Source: Octopus sinensis
Lineage: Eukaryota
Length of the DNA stretch: 64,000 nucleotides
Direction of reading: 5' to 3'
Assembly (NCBI RefSeq): GCF_006345805.1
Contig: NC_043005.1
Location: 53,568,001 to 53,632,000 of the forward strand
In this document: piece by piece, positions 51,840 through 64,000 of the stretch
How the letters are laid out: each line of letters begins with the position of its first letter
Position numbering within the stretch: position 1 is the first letter of the stretch
The notes under the pieces: model-generated
Database searches by the model: none
The model's input: the letters and a program-made list of their open reading frames with translations, nothing else
Told to the model about the DNA's origin: nothing
Made by a program: the position numbers and the translations under genes

Positions 51840-53615
51840 CAGTGCAAGCATCTTGGTTTACTTGATGTTTACTTTAATGCCAAATCGATGGTAGGTCATA
51901 GCAAAGTTCTTCACAAATTGTTTTTCTTTTAATGACTGCTTTATCGCCAGCATATTTACGTTCTGAAATGCGTTGCATCTATATAAGACGTTTGATGGAA
52001 GTCTACTTAGATTGAAAAGTCCACCATACCTATATCTTATGATAACTATTAGGTTGTCCGGAAAGTTCGTGCCCATTTTTAAAGGAAAGAAAAATGTCAA
52101 TAAATACTTGCCATTACATTTTTAATCAACTAAATACGAACCATTTTGTTGCACAATGCGCCTCCATCATTCCTTTAAAGGTAAAAATACCCTCTTCCCA
52201 GAATTGAGGTTGTTTCATGGCAAATAATTCATCAAGGTATCTTTTTACGTTATCCAAGGAATTGAAATGTTTACCATTAAGACTATTGTGCAGAGACCTG
52301 AATAAGTGGAAATCCGAAGGAGCAATATCTGGTGAATATGGAGGGTGGGGTAACACATCCCAGCCGAGCTGCAGCAATTTTTGTCTCGTTCCCAAAGCAT
52401 CAAGTGCCGAAAATGAGCTTTCTTACCTTCCATTTTAAACGGTTACATAATTAACACAGGTTATAGTAATATAAACCTTCTTCCACGAAAAGATAACTTA
52501 AACTCTGCTCTAAATGGAGGTGTAGTCAAATCCTATTTTATGGGCTCAGCCATGTTCTAAAATAAGTCGAAATTTAAGCTACTATAAACCGGCATGAACT
52601 TTTCGGAAAACCCAATAGATTGTCTGGAGAAATTCCGTGTAGTATTACAGTCAGATACAAGGAAAATAGCGTAGGTGCCAAGACGCATCCTTGTTTTAGT
52701 CCGCTCGTGGCTGGAAATTATTCTAGCGGCATGTTTTGTGTGAATACACGTTTAGATATTGTCATGATTTGTTTGCACCAGAGAGATAAAGTGGTCGGGA
52801 CATCCGAAACAATAAAGAACCTTTCAGCTGTTGAGACGCTATCAAATGGCGTTTCTAAGTCACAGAAAGCAAGGAAGAGAGGCGGTTTTGTTGTTTCTTG
52901 TTTTTCTCTTAGAGTTGTCTTACACAAAAAATCATACCGATTGTGCCACAAAAGGCATGGAATCTACATTGAGATTCTAGTAAGATCTTTTCGGCGATGA
53001 TCTGGAGCCGAATATTGGCAAAGACCTTTCCAGTGTTGGAGGGTAATAATGTTCCTTTATAGTTTTCACAAGATTTGCGTCACCTTTTTTCAAGTTTGTT
53101 ATAATGACTGCATCTTTCAGTTCTTTAGGAACTTGTTGGGATTCCCATATCTTCAGAATGAGGGTGAAAATGTGTGTTTGCAAGAGTAAGCCTCCATGTT
53201 TGATCAGTTCAAAAGGGATGTTATCTTGTCTTAAAGATTTCTTTGATCTCATTTGCTTCATAGCTTACTTGAATTCTTGAAAAATGGACCCACAACTAAA
53301 GAGGGGAATTTAGAACGTTTCTAAGGAAGTCCTCAGCTGTGTTCGAGTTTCTGTCGAGGAGGGTGGAAAAATGTTCCTTCCAGCGTGTTGTGGATTGGTC
53401 AGGATGTTTATGTTGTCAGTTGCTTGAAGGGATGTAGTTGATGTTTGTATCGGTCCAACTAGTTGTTTCGTTAGAACATAGAAATTTCTGAAATTAAGTG
53501 CATCTGCTTTTTGTTGCACCAAATGTTCTGAAGTTCCTTAATTTTGTTCGACACTCCTGTTTTAGCTGCTGGAATTGCTTCATTTCGATTCGGTGTTATG
53601 TGATGGTCTTACATG
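51840..53615 (-). mobile_element. RTE-clade LINE RT region, interrupted by mariner
   Basis: DNIPFELIKHGG..VPKELKDAVII..KKGD, PLFLAFCDLETPFDSV, GLKQGCVLAPTLF, IRYRYGGLFNLSRL, FGIKVNIK. Confidence 0.92.
52047..52617 (-). mobile_element. Internally deleted mariner (mellifera-like) with both TIRs and TA TSD
   Basis: TA-TTAGGTTGTCCGGAAAGTTCGTGCC ... GGCATGAACTTTTCGGAAAACCCAA-TA; MEGKKAHFRHLMLW fused to LGWDVLPHPPYSPDIAPSDFHLFRSL. Confidence 0.95.
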
Positions 53616-53661
53616 ATATATCATGTTTGTCCGTGTGTGTGTGTGTGTGTGTATGTGTGTG

Positions 53662-53720
<59 letters not shown>

Positions 53721-54649
53721 TGTGTGTGTGTGCATCCACAAAACAAGAAATCCCTCCTAAGATATATATGCAAGAATAAGATACTTAGCCATAAAAAATT
53801 TCTGGAATTAATGTTTTGGAGTCGTGACTACTTTCTTAACGTTGCGGTGGATTTGATGAAGGGGTAACTATCGAACAAAATGCATTATTTTATTCAGTTA
53901 GAGTGATTCAAAGCTATTTACAAAAATTTTGAATTTCTCTATTTACATAGATGTGGAATCTTAAAAACTACTCCACTCTGAAAAGTACGTTCCGTGACTC
54001 AACATTTGTCGTAACACCACGGATCTCCTGCCTTAAATTTCCTATCCGCGTTACAAGTCTGGAGAAGGTCTCTTTTTAATATACATCAACAATTGTCCCC
54101 TCTGAATTCCAACGATGTTGCCCGAGTGTAATACAAGAACCGTCATAGCTTGGTACTAATACTATTGTAAGTATACCGCAAGCATACAAGCCGGAATGAA
54201 ATCATATACTTCCTTGTCCGACGTCCTGAAATCTGCCAATCCACTACGCTGAACTGACTTATTTTATTTATCGATTTTGAAAGGTTGAAGAGTAACGTTG
54301 ACCATGGTGGGTTTTGAATTTAAAACGGAAATAACAAGGAGAACACAAAAAATAACCATTTTCTGACTCTGGCCACTCTGGCAATGTCTCCTTATAGTGA
54401 TTAACAGTCGAAAAAATAATAAGTTTTAATAGCGTATCTCAGGCACTTTTTTGAATTAAGTAAATGTAACTCATAAAAAGCAAAAACTGAGAGTATCGGG
54501 TTAGTTATTGCAATCTATTTCTATGAGAGAATGTTCACAAAATACTACGTCCTATATAAAGTGACACTTGCTGAAACAATATGGAATAAAATAAGAAAGA
54601 TAGCCATAACAATAACTGATAAAAAAATGAACAGACCAACTCTGATCGA

Positions 54650-54830
54650 CCACAAGAATATTGGTGAAGCTTGAAATAATATCAGCTTACAAATCAAGCA
54701 CAACCGCCTTGATATCGTTATCTGGAACCACAAAATATAATCATATTTGGTCACCGATATCAGCTGCACACTCGAAAGCAATACCAGTAAAAAATTATAC
54801 CGGAGAAAAAGATAACTATTAAACATCGAT
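54650..54830 (+). mobile_element. RLE endonuclease fragment of a non-LTR element
   Basis: Manual translation KHNRLDIVIWNHK..VTDISCTLESN..EKDNY resembles the (P)D..D..K restriction-like motif. Confidence 0.6.
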
Positions 54831-55457
54831 CATTGATAACGTATTTATAAATTCATTTCCCAAAATTTTCGTTCAGCATCGTCCAAAAAATCATTAAAGT
54901 AATGTGACTTATGTAAATCTACCTTATACAAATTCAAAATATGTCGAATATTCAGTCATTGGAGAAAATACGTAAGTTTATAATTCACATACTGCTATAT
55001 AGGATAACTATTTTCATTGCTTAGTCAGCGAACACTCAGACTGGAAACCCAACTCGAATACTTGCAACGAAGTGGACTCTGCTAAAGGCACCCAACGTAA
55101 CGGAAGGTGGTGTTATTTCGAACCACGGAAAAAGTGCACCACTAAACTGCCCCATGCTTAACTGAAGTCAGAACACAGAATGGTGGGACAAATGCATCTA
55201 GGTATCTCGTCCAATGCTCCAACTCCAACAGCCTTGAATTGGTTCTTTAAATATGGAGCCGAAAGAATGAAAAGCATGGTTCACCTCGGTGAGATTTTTA
55301 ACTCAGAATGCAAAGAGTGAAAATAAATAGAGCAACGCATTTTGTCAAACCTCTAAAGCATGCGGCCAACTTTATCGAACTTAAAATTCTAAACGCAGAT
55401 CTATATATATCTATATATACATCAGTCTATGTACATATGTATGTGTATGTATGCATG

Positions 55458-55504
<47 letters not shown>

Positions 55505-57596
55505 TATATATATATAATATATATATATTATATATATATATATATATATAATATATTATATATATATACATTTACACACATTATATGTATGTATATACTG
55601 CATATATATGTGTATGTGCGTACGCGTATGTGTATGTAAGTAAATAAACGGAATCTAGGGAAACTTATTGTTACTTGTTGCTGCAAAATTGATATAAATT
55701 TTTATGAACTGTAAAGTTTGTTATAGTCATCTACCGTTTTTATGGCAAATTTGAATAATAATTCTTCACATAAATTACAATTCCATGCTAATAGTTTAGA
55801 AAATCAAAACACATTTTTCAATTCACAGCATTTCAAGATATCGTATCTTTATGCCTGAAATATATTTAATGTAAAAGTCAGTACTAGAATCATTCATATT
55901 GATAGAATATGCAATATAAATGATGGGAAAGAAATTGCCCCAGCATGGCTGCAGTCTATGACTGAAACATGTAAAAGCTAAAAATAAAGTTATATATTTA
56001 TGATCCATTTCTGCTTTACTTTTATTTTTTATCCCTAAGCCTCTTTTCTTGAAGTCCATTTCTCAATAAAATCCAAGTGCAAATACTAAAATGTCAAAAG
56101 AAAAACATGTAATGAAGTTTGTATGGATTGTTGATTGAATGTGTTTTAGCTAATTGACTTGACTGAAGTATCGTATCTTACCTGAACGTGCAATTTCTTT
56201 ATTTATATCCCTCAAATCTTATTAATTTCAACCAGCACAATATATCCTTTACATTTCATAAAATGAAGAAAAAGCTCAGGATAACTACACTAAAATATAA
56301 GAAAATCACTATCAAACATAACAAATGTCTATTACCATCATCATTTGCCAAACAAATATCACTATAGTTTCGACACCTGCCTAATATCATTCAATCCATC
56401 GGTGTCAACAGCATTAAAAATATGAACCTTGGTTGGTTACCCACCAACTTATTACTACAAGTAACACTAACAAAGTAAACAAATAGTAACTTATAGTTAC
56501 AAAATAGTCCTTATAGAACAACAAACTTATCTCAATTAAGAACATTCAGAAAACAAAAGGAGAACATGTGAGTATGTGTGTTTGTGTGTGTGTATGTGCG
56601 TGCACATATACGTGTACATATTGAAGACTGCTTCAGAGAGTTGTTTCAGTAAATACTGAAGTACTAGAACTACTGTTATTATTGTTATAAAGTAAAGTAG
56701 TGTACTGTTTGGTAGAATCATTAGGGCATCAGACAAAATACGATGCCGTGTTTGTTCCAAGCCTCACTTTCGGAGCTACGTTCCACTTGGCATTTTGTAC
56801 TTCTTGAATCGATACGTTAAAATGCCAGTCAAGTACTGTGATGGATTTCATGAACATCATCCTTCATATTTCCGACCTTATATCTATCCTGATCGTAATT
56901 ATCATAATATAACCTTACACATGCTTTTAAACTAAATAAAGAACATTTAGGCAAATAATGTTGTATTTTACAGAGAGAATATATATAATAGTATGTTATA
57001 CAAAACAAAATTTATATTATTGGCTTCATGCTTGATGTTTGATTCGGATTCTGTGCTACTTCAAGTTTCGCAATCACCTATCGGAGCCTATCTCCTAAGG
57101 CTGGTGAAAGATCCGAAACATGTATGTGTGTATGTGCGTGTGTTTGTGTGTGAGTGTGTGTGTGTGTATGATGAATGCACATACAAACACACATGCACAT
57201 ACACACACACTCACGTACATGCACACAAATACAAAATGGCTGACGGTTAGTAAGGAGAGACACAAATAAGTGAGAAGAAAACAAAGGACCACTGATGCGG
57301 TCACAGGAGGGTGACGAAAGAACTCTGGCCGAAATAAGATTAAGATTAATGTAAAAAATAAATAACACTGAAGCAAAGTAACACCAAATATATAGTGCGT
57401 GTGTTTTTATTGGCTAAACTGGCAAAATGACCATTCCGAAATATAACAATATCTGTTTCAACACACGACTTCACATAAAAAATCTTGCACAACAAATATT
57501 TAAACGTATTTATATATATACATATATATATATACACACATAATATTTACACCTATATACATGTGTATACATACATACATACATATATATATATAT

Positions 57597-57636
<40 letters not shown>

Positions 57637-57638
57637 TC

Positions 57639-57887
57639 AAGAAGTGGAGAGTGTGAACACAGAAAAAATCAATTTATTTATATAATAGTCAGTTTCATGT
57701 AGCCTACGCACGTTTCAATTTTCACCTTCATTCATATTTTACAAATTACATAAAGAATTTAAAAGGTAAAATCTCTTAATTGTAATATGTGAATGAAGGT
57801 GGGAATTGAAACGTGCGTAGGCAACATGAATTTGGCTATTATCTAAATTATTTGATTTTTTCTGTGTCCACAGTTTCCATATTCTTT
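57639..57887. repeat. About 110-bp imperfect hairpin containing hammerhead half-motifs
   Basis: Arms 57639-57748 and 57777-57887; each carries GAAAC-GTGC-GTA-GGC. Confidence 0.9.
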
Positions 57888-58130
57888 ATATTATATTATT
57901 GAATTTTAATCTCCTATATCGGATATATGAAATTATCTATAACGACAACTGGAACTAAGAGTTAAGCAATAATGTCGAAGAATCATCAATAAACACCAAT
58001 ACTAACACAAATTAACAAATTCCAGGAAAATTAATCGATAAGGAGATATACCGGTGTACATTTGGGTGAAATACATCCCTGTGAGAGAGCAACCTCTTTC
58101 CATTCGAAACTTCATAAACATTCGGTATAT

Positions 58131-58179
<49 letters not shown>

Positions 58180-58219
58180 ATATATATAAATATACATACA
58201 TATATATACATATATATGC

Positions 58220-58281
<62 letters not shown>

Positions 58282-58304
58282 CATATATACATACATACAC
58301 ACAT

Positions 58305-58356
<52 letters not shown>

Positions 58357-59138
58357 TCCTACATACATACATACATACATACACACATACATACATACAT
58401 ATAAAACAGAAGTGCTAATCTAAATTCTTTTAGAATTTATAAACTTCTATAGAAATGATAAGTAGCCACTAAAATGAAAAGCTTCCACGTGCATACAGAT
58501 TTTATGGTTAGATCTATACCATTATTCTGCTTGTCAACACATGGAACTTTTAATTTTAGAACAAAATCAATAATACGCACAGCATATTATTCATATTATT
58601 CGTAAGGTAACGTTCTGGAAATAAATATCATATATATATATATACATACATACAAACATACATACACACACATATGTATATGCATATATATATATATAGA
58701 TAGATAGATAGATAGACAGATAGATACATTCACACACTCATACATATATGTCTATGTATTATATATCATATATACACACACACTTATATATATGTATGTA
58801 TATATACATTATATGTAATATATAGATGTATATGTATGTATGTATGAATGTATATGTATATGTATGTATAATTGTATGTATGTATATGTTATTCTTTAAA
58901 ACGACCAGTATAGACTGTGACTTCGAAGTTTTGAGCTGCTAAGTGATCATCAAACTATGAGATATTTGAGTTCATCTTGATTTTAAGCAGTCTCTATTAT
59001 GTTACAAGTTTCTCAGGTACATTGAGTCCTGTTCAATGCTAATAAGACTTTATGGTAGATAATGAAGGCAAGTTATGGAGAATTTTATTTGTTGAATTTG
59101 GGCATGTGCTACTGTTCACAACAAATTCATGCGTGTAA

Positions 59139-59525
59139 GGCGGCGAGCTGGCAGAATCGTTAGCATACCGGGCGAAATGCTTAGCGGTATTTCGTCTGCC
59201 GTTACGTTCTGTGTTCAAATTCCGCCGAAGTCGACTTTGCCTTTCATCCTTTCGAGGTCGATAAATTAAGTACCTCTTACGCACTGGGGTCGATGTAATC
59301 GACTTACTCCCTTTGTCTGTCCTTGTTTGTCCTCTCTGTGTTTAGTCCCTTGTGGGTAGAAAAAGAAATAGAAATAGATATTTCGTGTGTTTTTACGTTC
59401 TGAGTCCAAATTCCGCCGAGGTGTACTTTGCTTGTCATTCTTTGCCAGTTGCGTACTGGGGTCGATCTAATTGACCGGCCCACTTCCCAAAATTTTCGGG
59501 TCTTGTCCCTAGAGTAAAAAAGAAT
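59139..59525 (+). mobile_element. SINE type A tandem copy
   Basis: Full unit followed by a head-less unit. Confidence 0.88.
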
Positions 59526-59791
59526 ATATTCATACGTGTTATCATGTGTGCACATTTAAGTGTGCCATCTTCAAGTCATAATGATTCTAAAAAAAGGAAA
59601 ATGGGTCAGCAAATGTCTTACATAGTTTAGTTGTTTTGGTTTTATTTGGATATTAATGGGATTATCTGACCATTTGTTCTGAGTATAGAATTATAAATTT
59701 ATACACTACCAAATATATTAAATAGTACATCAATTTGAAGTAGATTTGTCTTTATTAAAATAAAATAACAGGTGTATATATATATAGAGAG

Positions 59792-59877
<86 letters not shown>

Positions 59878-60163
59878 GATTCGATATTTTTTTTAGAACA
59901 ACCTGCTCAGTTAATTTCCTATACTCTTAATGAAATCAGTATTTTTCGAATGTCAGTGAACGCAGGTGACTTGAAATGAAAGGTTTTGCTCAACAGTACA
60001 ATGCACCGTCCAGTCTATGAGTCTATGCCCTCTCTTCTGTTCGTGCATGCAACATTCTAACCACTATGTCATGCACCGTTAGTCATACATACATATGTGC
60101 ATACATGCATATACATATACACACATATAGAAACTTACAAATATCTATCTATCTATCTATCTA

Positions 60164-60203
<40 letters not shown>

Positions 60204-60244
60204 CCAAAATGTATTAGTTTTATATATCGAATCACGGCTGATCC

Positions 60245-60503
60245 TACCAATTGATTTAGCGCAAGGGATACCATAGAGTGTTAGATGACAATCCGATTAT
60301 ATAACCTTACGCTCATCAGAGTTACCCGATATGGAAGGGGATGTGGTTACTGCTCTCTATTGTCGGTAGTATTAATCCACCTCCGACAATAGAGAGCAGT
60401 CGCCTTATTGCCTTTCACATCGGCTAACTCTGATGAGCGTAAGGTTATATAATCGGATTGTTATCTAACACTCCATTGTATCCCTTGCGTTAAACCGATT
60501 GTC
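60245..60503. repeat. About 118-bp-arm hairpin made of two inverted hammerhead-like units
   Basis: Arms 60248-60366 and 60383-60501, 16-nt loop; CTGATGA at 60430-60436 (plus) and 60313-60319 (minus). Confidence 0.92.
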
Positions 60504-60657
60504 TTCTTCTTTTTCTTCTTCTTCTTCTTCATCTTCTTTTTCTTCTCCTTCTTCTGCTTCTTCTTCTTCTTCTTCTTCTTCTTTTTCTTCTTCTTCTTCT
60601 TCTTCTTCTTCTTCTTCTTCTTCTTCTTCTTCTTCTTCTTCTTCTTCTTCTTCTTCT
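60504..60657. repeat. (CTT)n microsatellite
   Basis: Seen directly. Confidence 0.97.
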
Positions 60658-61006
60658 CTACCAAGAATTCAGAACGACATCGACCCCACAAGCGTAAACA
60701 AGAGAGACAGAGACAGGCAGAAACAAGGAAAATGCCTCTTGTATTTGAATACTATGCAAATATTCTTTTAAAATACTTTTCATTTAAGTTTTCCAAAATT
60801 TAATTGTTTTCTATACTTACAGCTGAAAAAGTTTCAATGACTAAAAGCGGTACTGAAATGTTTTTTATAAAATTATTTTCGCATTTACTACCTTGACTTT
60901 TTCCATATATATATCAACTCTTGTGTTCCTTTTCAACCTTCTACACACACACACACACACACACATACATATATATATATATGCTTGTATGTATGTATGT
61001 ATGTAC

Positions 61007-61078
<72 letters not shown>

Positions 61079-61264
61079 ATTTGATTTGAAAACCCCACTA
61101 GATTGGGAGAAAGCGCTAACAATCCGAATGATATGATCTGAATGATATGATATATATGTAAAAAATGTAATATATAAATAAATATCTACAAATATGAACC
61201 ATCCGATCTGATTACCTCATTTTTTCTAATATATAATACCTGTACATCATCTCCAAACCTTCCA

Positions 61265-61365
<101 letters not shown>

Positions 61366-61463
61366 TTACGTGCATGAGTTGTCTAACAGACTATAAGTCA
61401 GGAAAAATATGCACTCGCATATTTGTCAATGGAGTGGGTGTATTATCTGAAATATATAGTATA

Positions 61464-61513
<50 letters not shown>

Positions 61514-61541
61514 ATGTGTGTGCTTATGTGTGTGCATATAT

Positions 61542-61693
61542 AGGCGCAGGAGTGGGTGTGTGTTAAGCAGCTTGCTCACCACAGTTCCGGTGTGTGACAC
61601 CTTGAGCAAGTGTCTTCCGCTATAGCCTCTGGCCGACCAAAGCCTTGTGAGTAGATTTGGTAGACGTAAACTGAAAGAAGCCCCTCGTATGTC

Positions 61694-61726
<33 letters not shown>

Positions 61727-61934
61727 TTGTGTGTCTTTGTCCCCCACCATCACTTGACAACACCGATACTGTTGTGTTCACGTCCCCGTAGCCTAGAGGT
61801 TCGGCAAAAAGGACCGACAAAATAAGCACTTAGCTTACAAAGAATGAGTCCTGGGGTTGATTTATTCAACTAAAGGCGGTTATCCAGCATGGCCGCAGTC
61901 AAACTACTGAAACAAATAAAGGAGTAAAAGAGTA
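61542..61934 (+). mobile_element. SINE type B
   Basis: Matches 5553-5926. Confidence 0.88.
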
Positions 61935-62139
61935 AATACATGGAAATTTTGTGACTTCGCTATTTACATTAACCTTAACCTTAAGGAATTGCTGTCAATG
62001 CAAGACTTGAAATCTGAGTCGAAAACCTAACACTAAAGAAGCGATGCCTCAAGTTTACTGATTCCAAGAAAATTACTTTAAACACAACTTTTCCATAAGA
62101 CTTATCAACTCATAACACAAAATAATATCAAGAGCAGCC

Positions 62140-62600
62140 AATAAAGCGGTGAGGTAGAAGAATCGTTAGCAAACCAGCCAAACTGCTTGGCGGTATTTCA
62201 TCCGTCTTTACGTACGGTGTTCAAATTCCTCTGTGGTCGCCTTTGCCTTTCGTCCTTTCGGGGTAGATGAAATAAGTTCTTATGAAGCACTGAGATCAAT
62301 GTTTTCGACTTACATCCTCCGTCCAAATTGCTGGCCTTGTGACAAAATTGGAAACCAATATTATTAGCAACCACAAGACGGCTAACTGGCAGAAGAGTCC
62401 TTAGCAGGCCGTTCAAAATATTAAGAGGTATTTCGTCTGTCTTTACGTTCAAAGTTCAAATTCCACCGAGGTCAACTTTGCTTTTCATCCTTTCGGGGTC
62501 AATTGAAATAAGTAACAGTTCAGCACTGGGATCGATGTAATCGATTAGTCTCCTCCCCCGAAGAATTATGGCCTTGTGGCAAAACTTGAAGCCGATATTA
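62140..62600 (+). mobile_element. Two degenerate SINE type A copies in tandem
   Basis: Two heads and bodies with GTTCAAATTCC B boxes. Confidence 0.8.
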
Positions 62601-64000
62601 TTAGTGAGTATATTCTAGTCTGTATAATTACTAAATTCTATTCAACTCTCTATTCAACTCTGGAGAATAGTGTTAACTCTTTCATAGTTTGGTCTTAATC
62701 ACTGATTACGGGTTCAGAAAATTCGGTCATTCAAATGCCGCCAAACTTCTTTTGGATTCACTGAATCTTGGAAAGCAACTTTTACCAATTCCAGTTTCTG
62801 CGATCTATATCATATTCTCAGTTAGAAAGCAATCTTATTTCATAATAACTTCAATTTAGATAAAGACGAATATTCTAGTTTACATGTCGACATCTGTATA
62901 GGATCAATCCAAGGAGGATAGTAACATACTTATCCTCCAAAATGCTAATCCAGTCAAAATTAGTTTCGTCATGTCATCGCAAGAGATTTTAATCTCTTAA
63001 ACTTTAGAAACATTTTACTCGCCCAAATAAGGTTTTGCTGCCCAAGAGGCTTCCAACCTTCTCGAAATATCCGTGTTCGCACACTTTAAATCAAATTAAG
63101 AAATAATTTGGAGTCATTTTTCAATTAATTTATTTTAGCATTCTTTTCTTTATTTTATGTTTTTGAGCATTTTCTTCATAATATAACATGAATGTTACCA
63201 TTTGATTACCGAAATCTCAATTTCTTCAACTTTTTGCTGTCAGCATTCAGATTCATTCGTTTGTAAACAACAAACTGTTAGCTCAGTAATATCTATCTCA
63301 ACTATATTTTCATGCATTTTATTCTTTGTTTCATAGATTTTCAACTTTTCTCCTAACTTTTCTTTTCTCCTTGCTATTTGAACTCTCAAGGTTTTAAAAA
63401 TCCATTCTATTTTCTAATCAGTCAAAGAATATTATTTCTCTTTATTGGGCAATTTTGGCAAGACCACAATTCACTATAATATGCAATTATTGTTATTCAG
63501 CTGCATATATTTCAAGTCATTGTAAATATCTATCATGTGGGCAGCGGTGTCAAACTCTTTCCTACTACGAAATGGGCCAGCAATCAGGGCAAAATCACAC
63601 ACAGGAGTGGTGATGTGAAACCCCACGACACTGAAGAAATCAACCAAAGAGGAATCATACACAAAAGTGCAAAATCACGGTGGGGCTCCAGCATGACCGC
63701 ACCCGCATAGCTGAAACAAATAAAAGAATAAAAGAATGAAAGAATGTGTATAGCAAATACATCTCCCTATAATTAGTGTGTAATGATAGATTTTGTGTTT
63801 CATTAACTTTCCACGTCCCTTCTAGCTTCCTTTCCATCTTATTTTCCATAATTTGATAGGAAAAATACATAGAGTAAAACGACACTTGCTCCAAAATATA
63901 TCAGGAAAATTTATACAATCTAAAGAACTTGAAAAACGATATGGGTAACACATCCATAAAGAGGTAAGAACATAACAGCTAAGTTAAAACCAGAGCTCCC

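Noticed and set aside
56696-56940. About 80-codon stop-free frame containing CRVC
   Set aside because: No start or convincing splice sites, no recognisable domain
57100-57335. Two hammerhead-like strings (CTGGTGA..GAAAC; TGACGA..GAAAT)
   Set aside because: Core mutations plus no supporting stems
63495-63690. GC-richer open segment before a SINE tail
   Set aside because: Several frames are partly open, donors are weak and there is no homology; cannot be called

Overview
AT-rich, microsatellite-dense eukaryotic DNA. The SINE, LINE and microsatellite repertoire resembles octopus/coleoid cephalopod genomes; this is an inference from recognised repeat types, not a database result. No conserved host gene is recognisable, and most long ORFs in the track are translated microsatellites. 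The window is mainly decayed mobile elements: (TAA)n-associated Dong/R4-type RLE LINEs, RTE LINEs, Tc1 and mariner fragments (one mariner nested in an RTE), four tRNA-derived SINE types and Helitron/Helentron-like pieces. Four features stand out. (1) A ~795-bp, ~99% identical inverted repeat (38094-39988) whose arms each hold a complete acceptor-ATG-hydrophobic peptide-donor exon cassette. (2) At least 8 hammerhead-ribozyme-like motifs of probable Penelope-like/retrozyme origin, several in inverted structures; in one, both arms end at the predicted self-cleavage sites. (3) A tentative 3-exon gene for a small secreted Cys-containing peptide (3123-3883, minus). (4) A tentative chain of Cys-rich exons (10022-12529, plus). 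Alignments and folds were done by eye, and element boundaries are approximate unless exact motifs are quoted.
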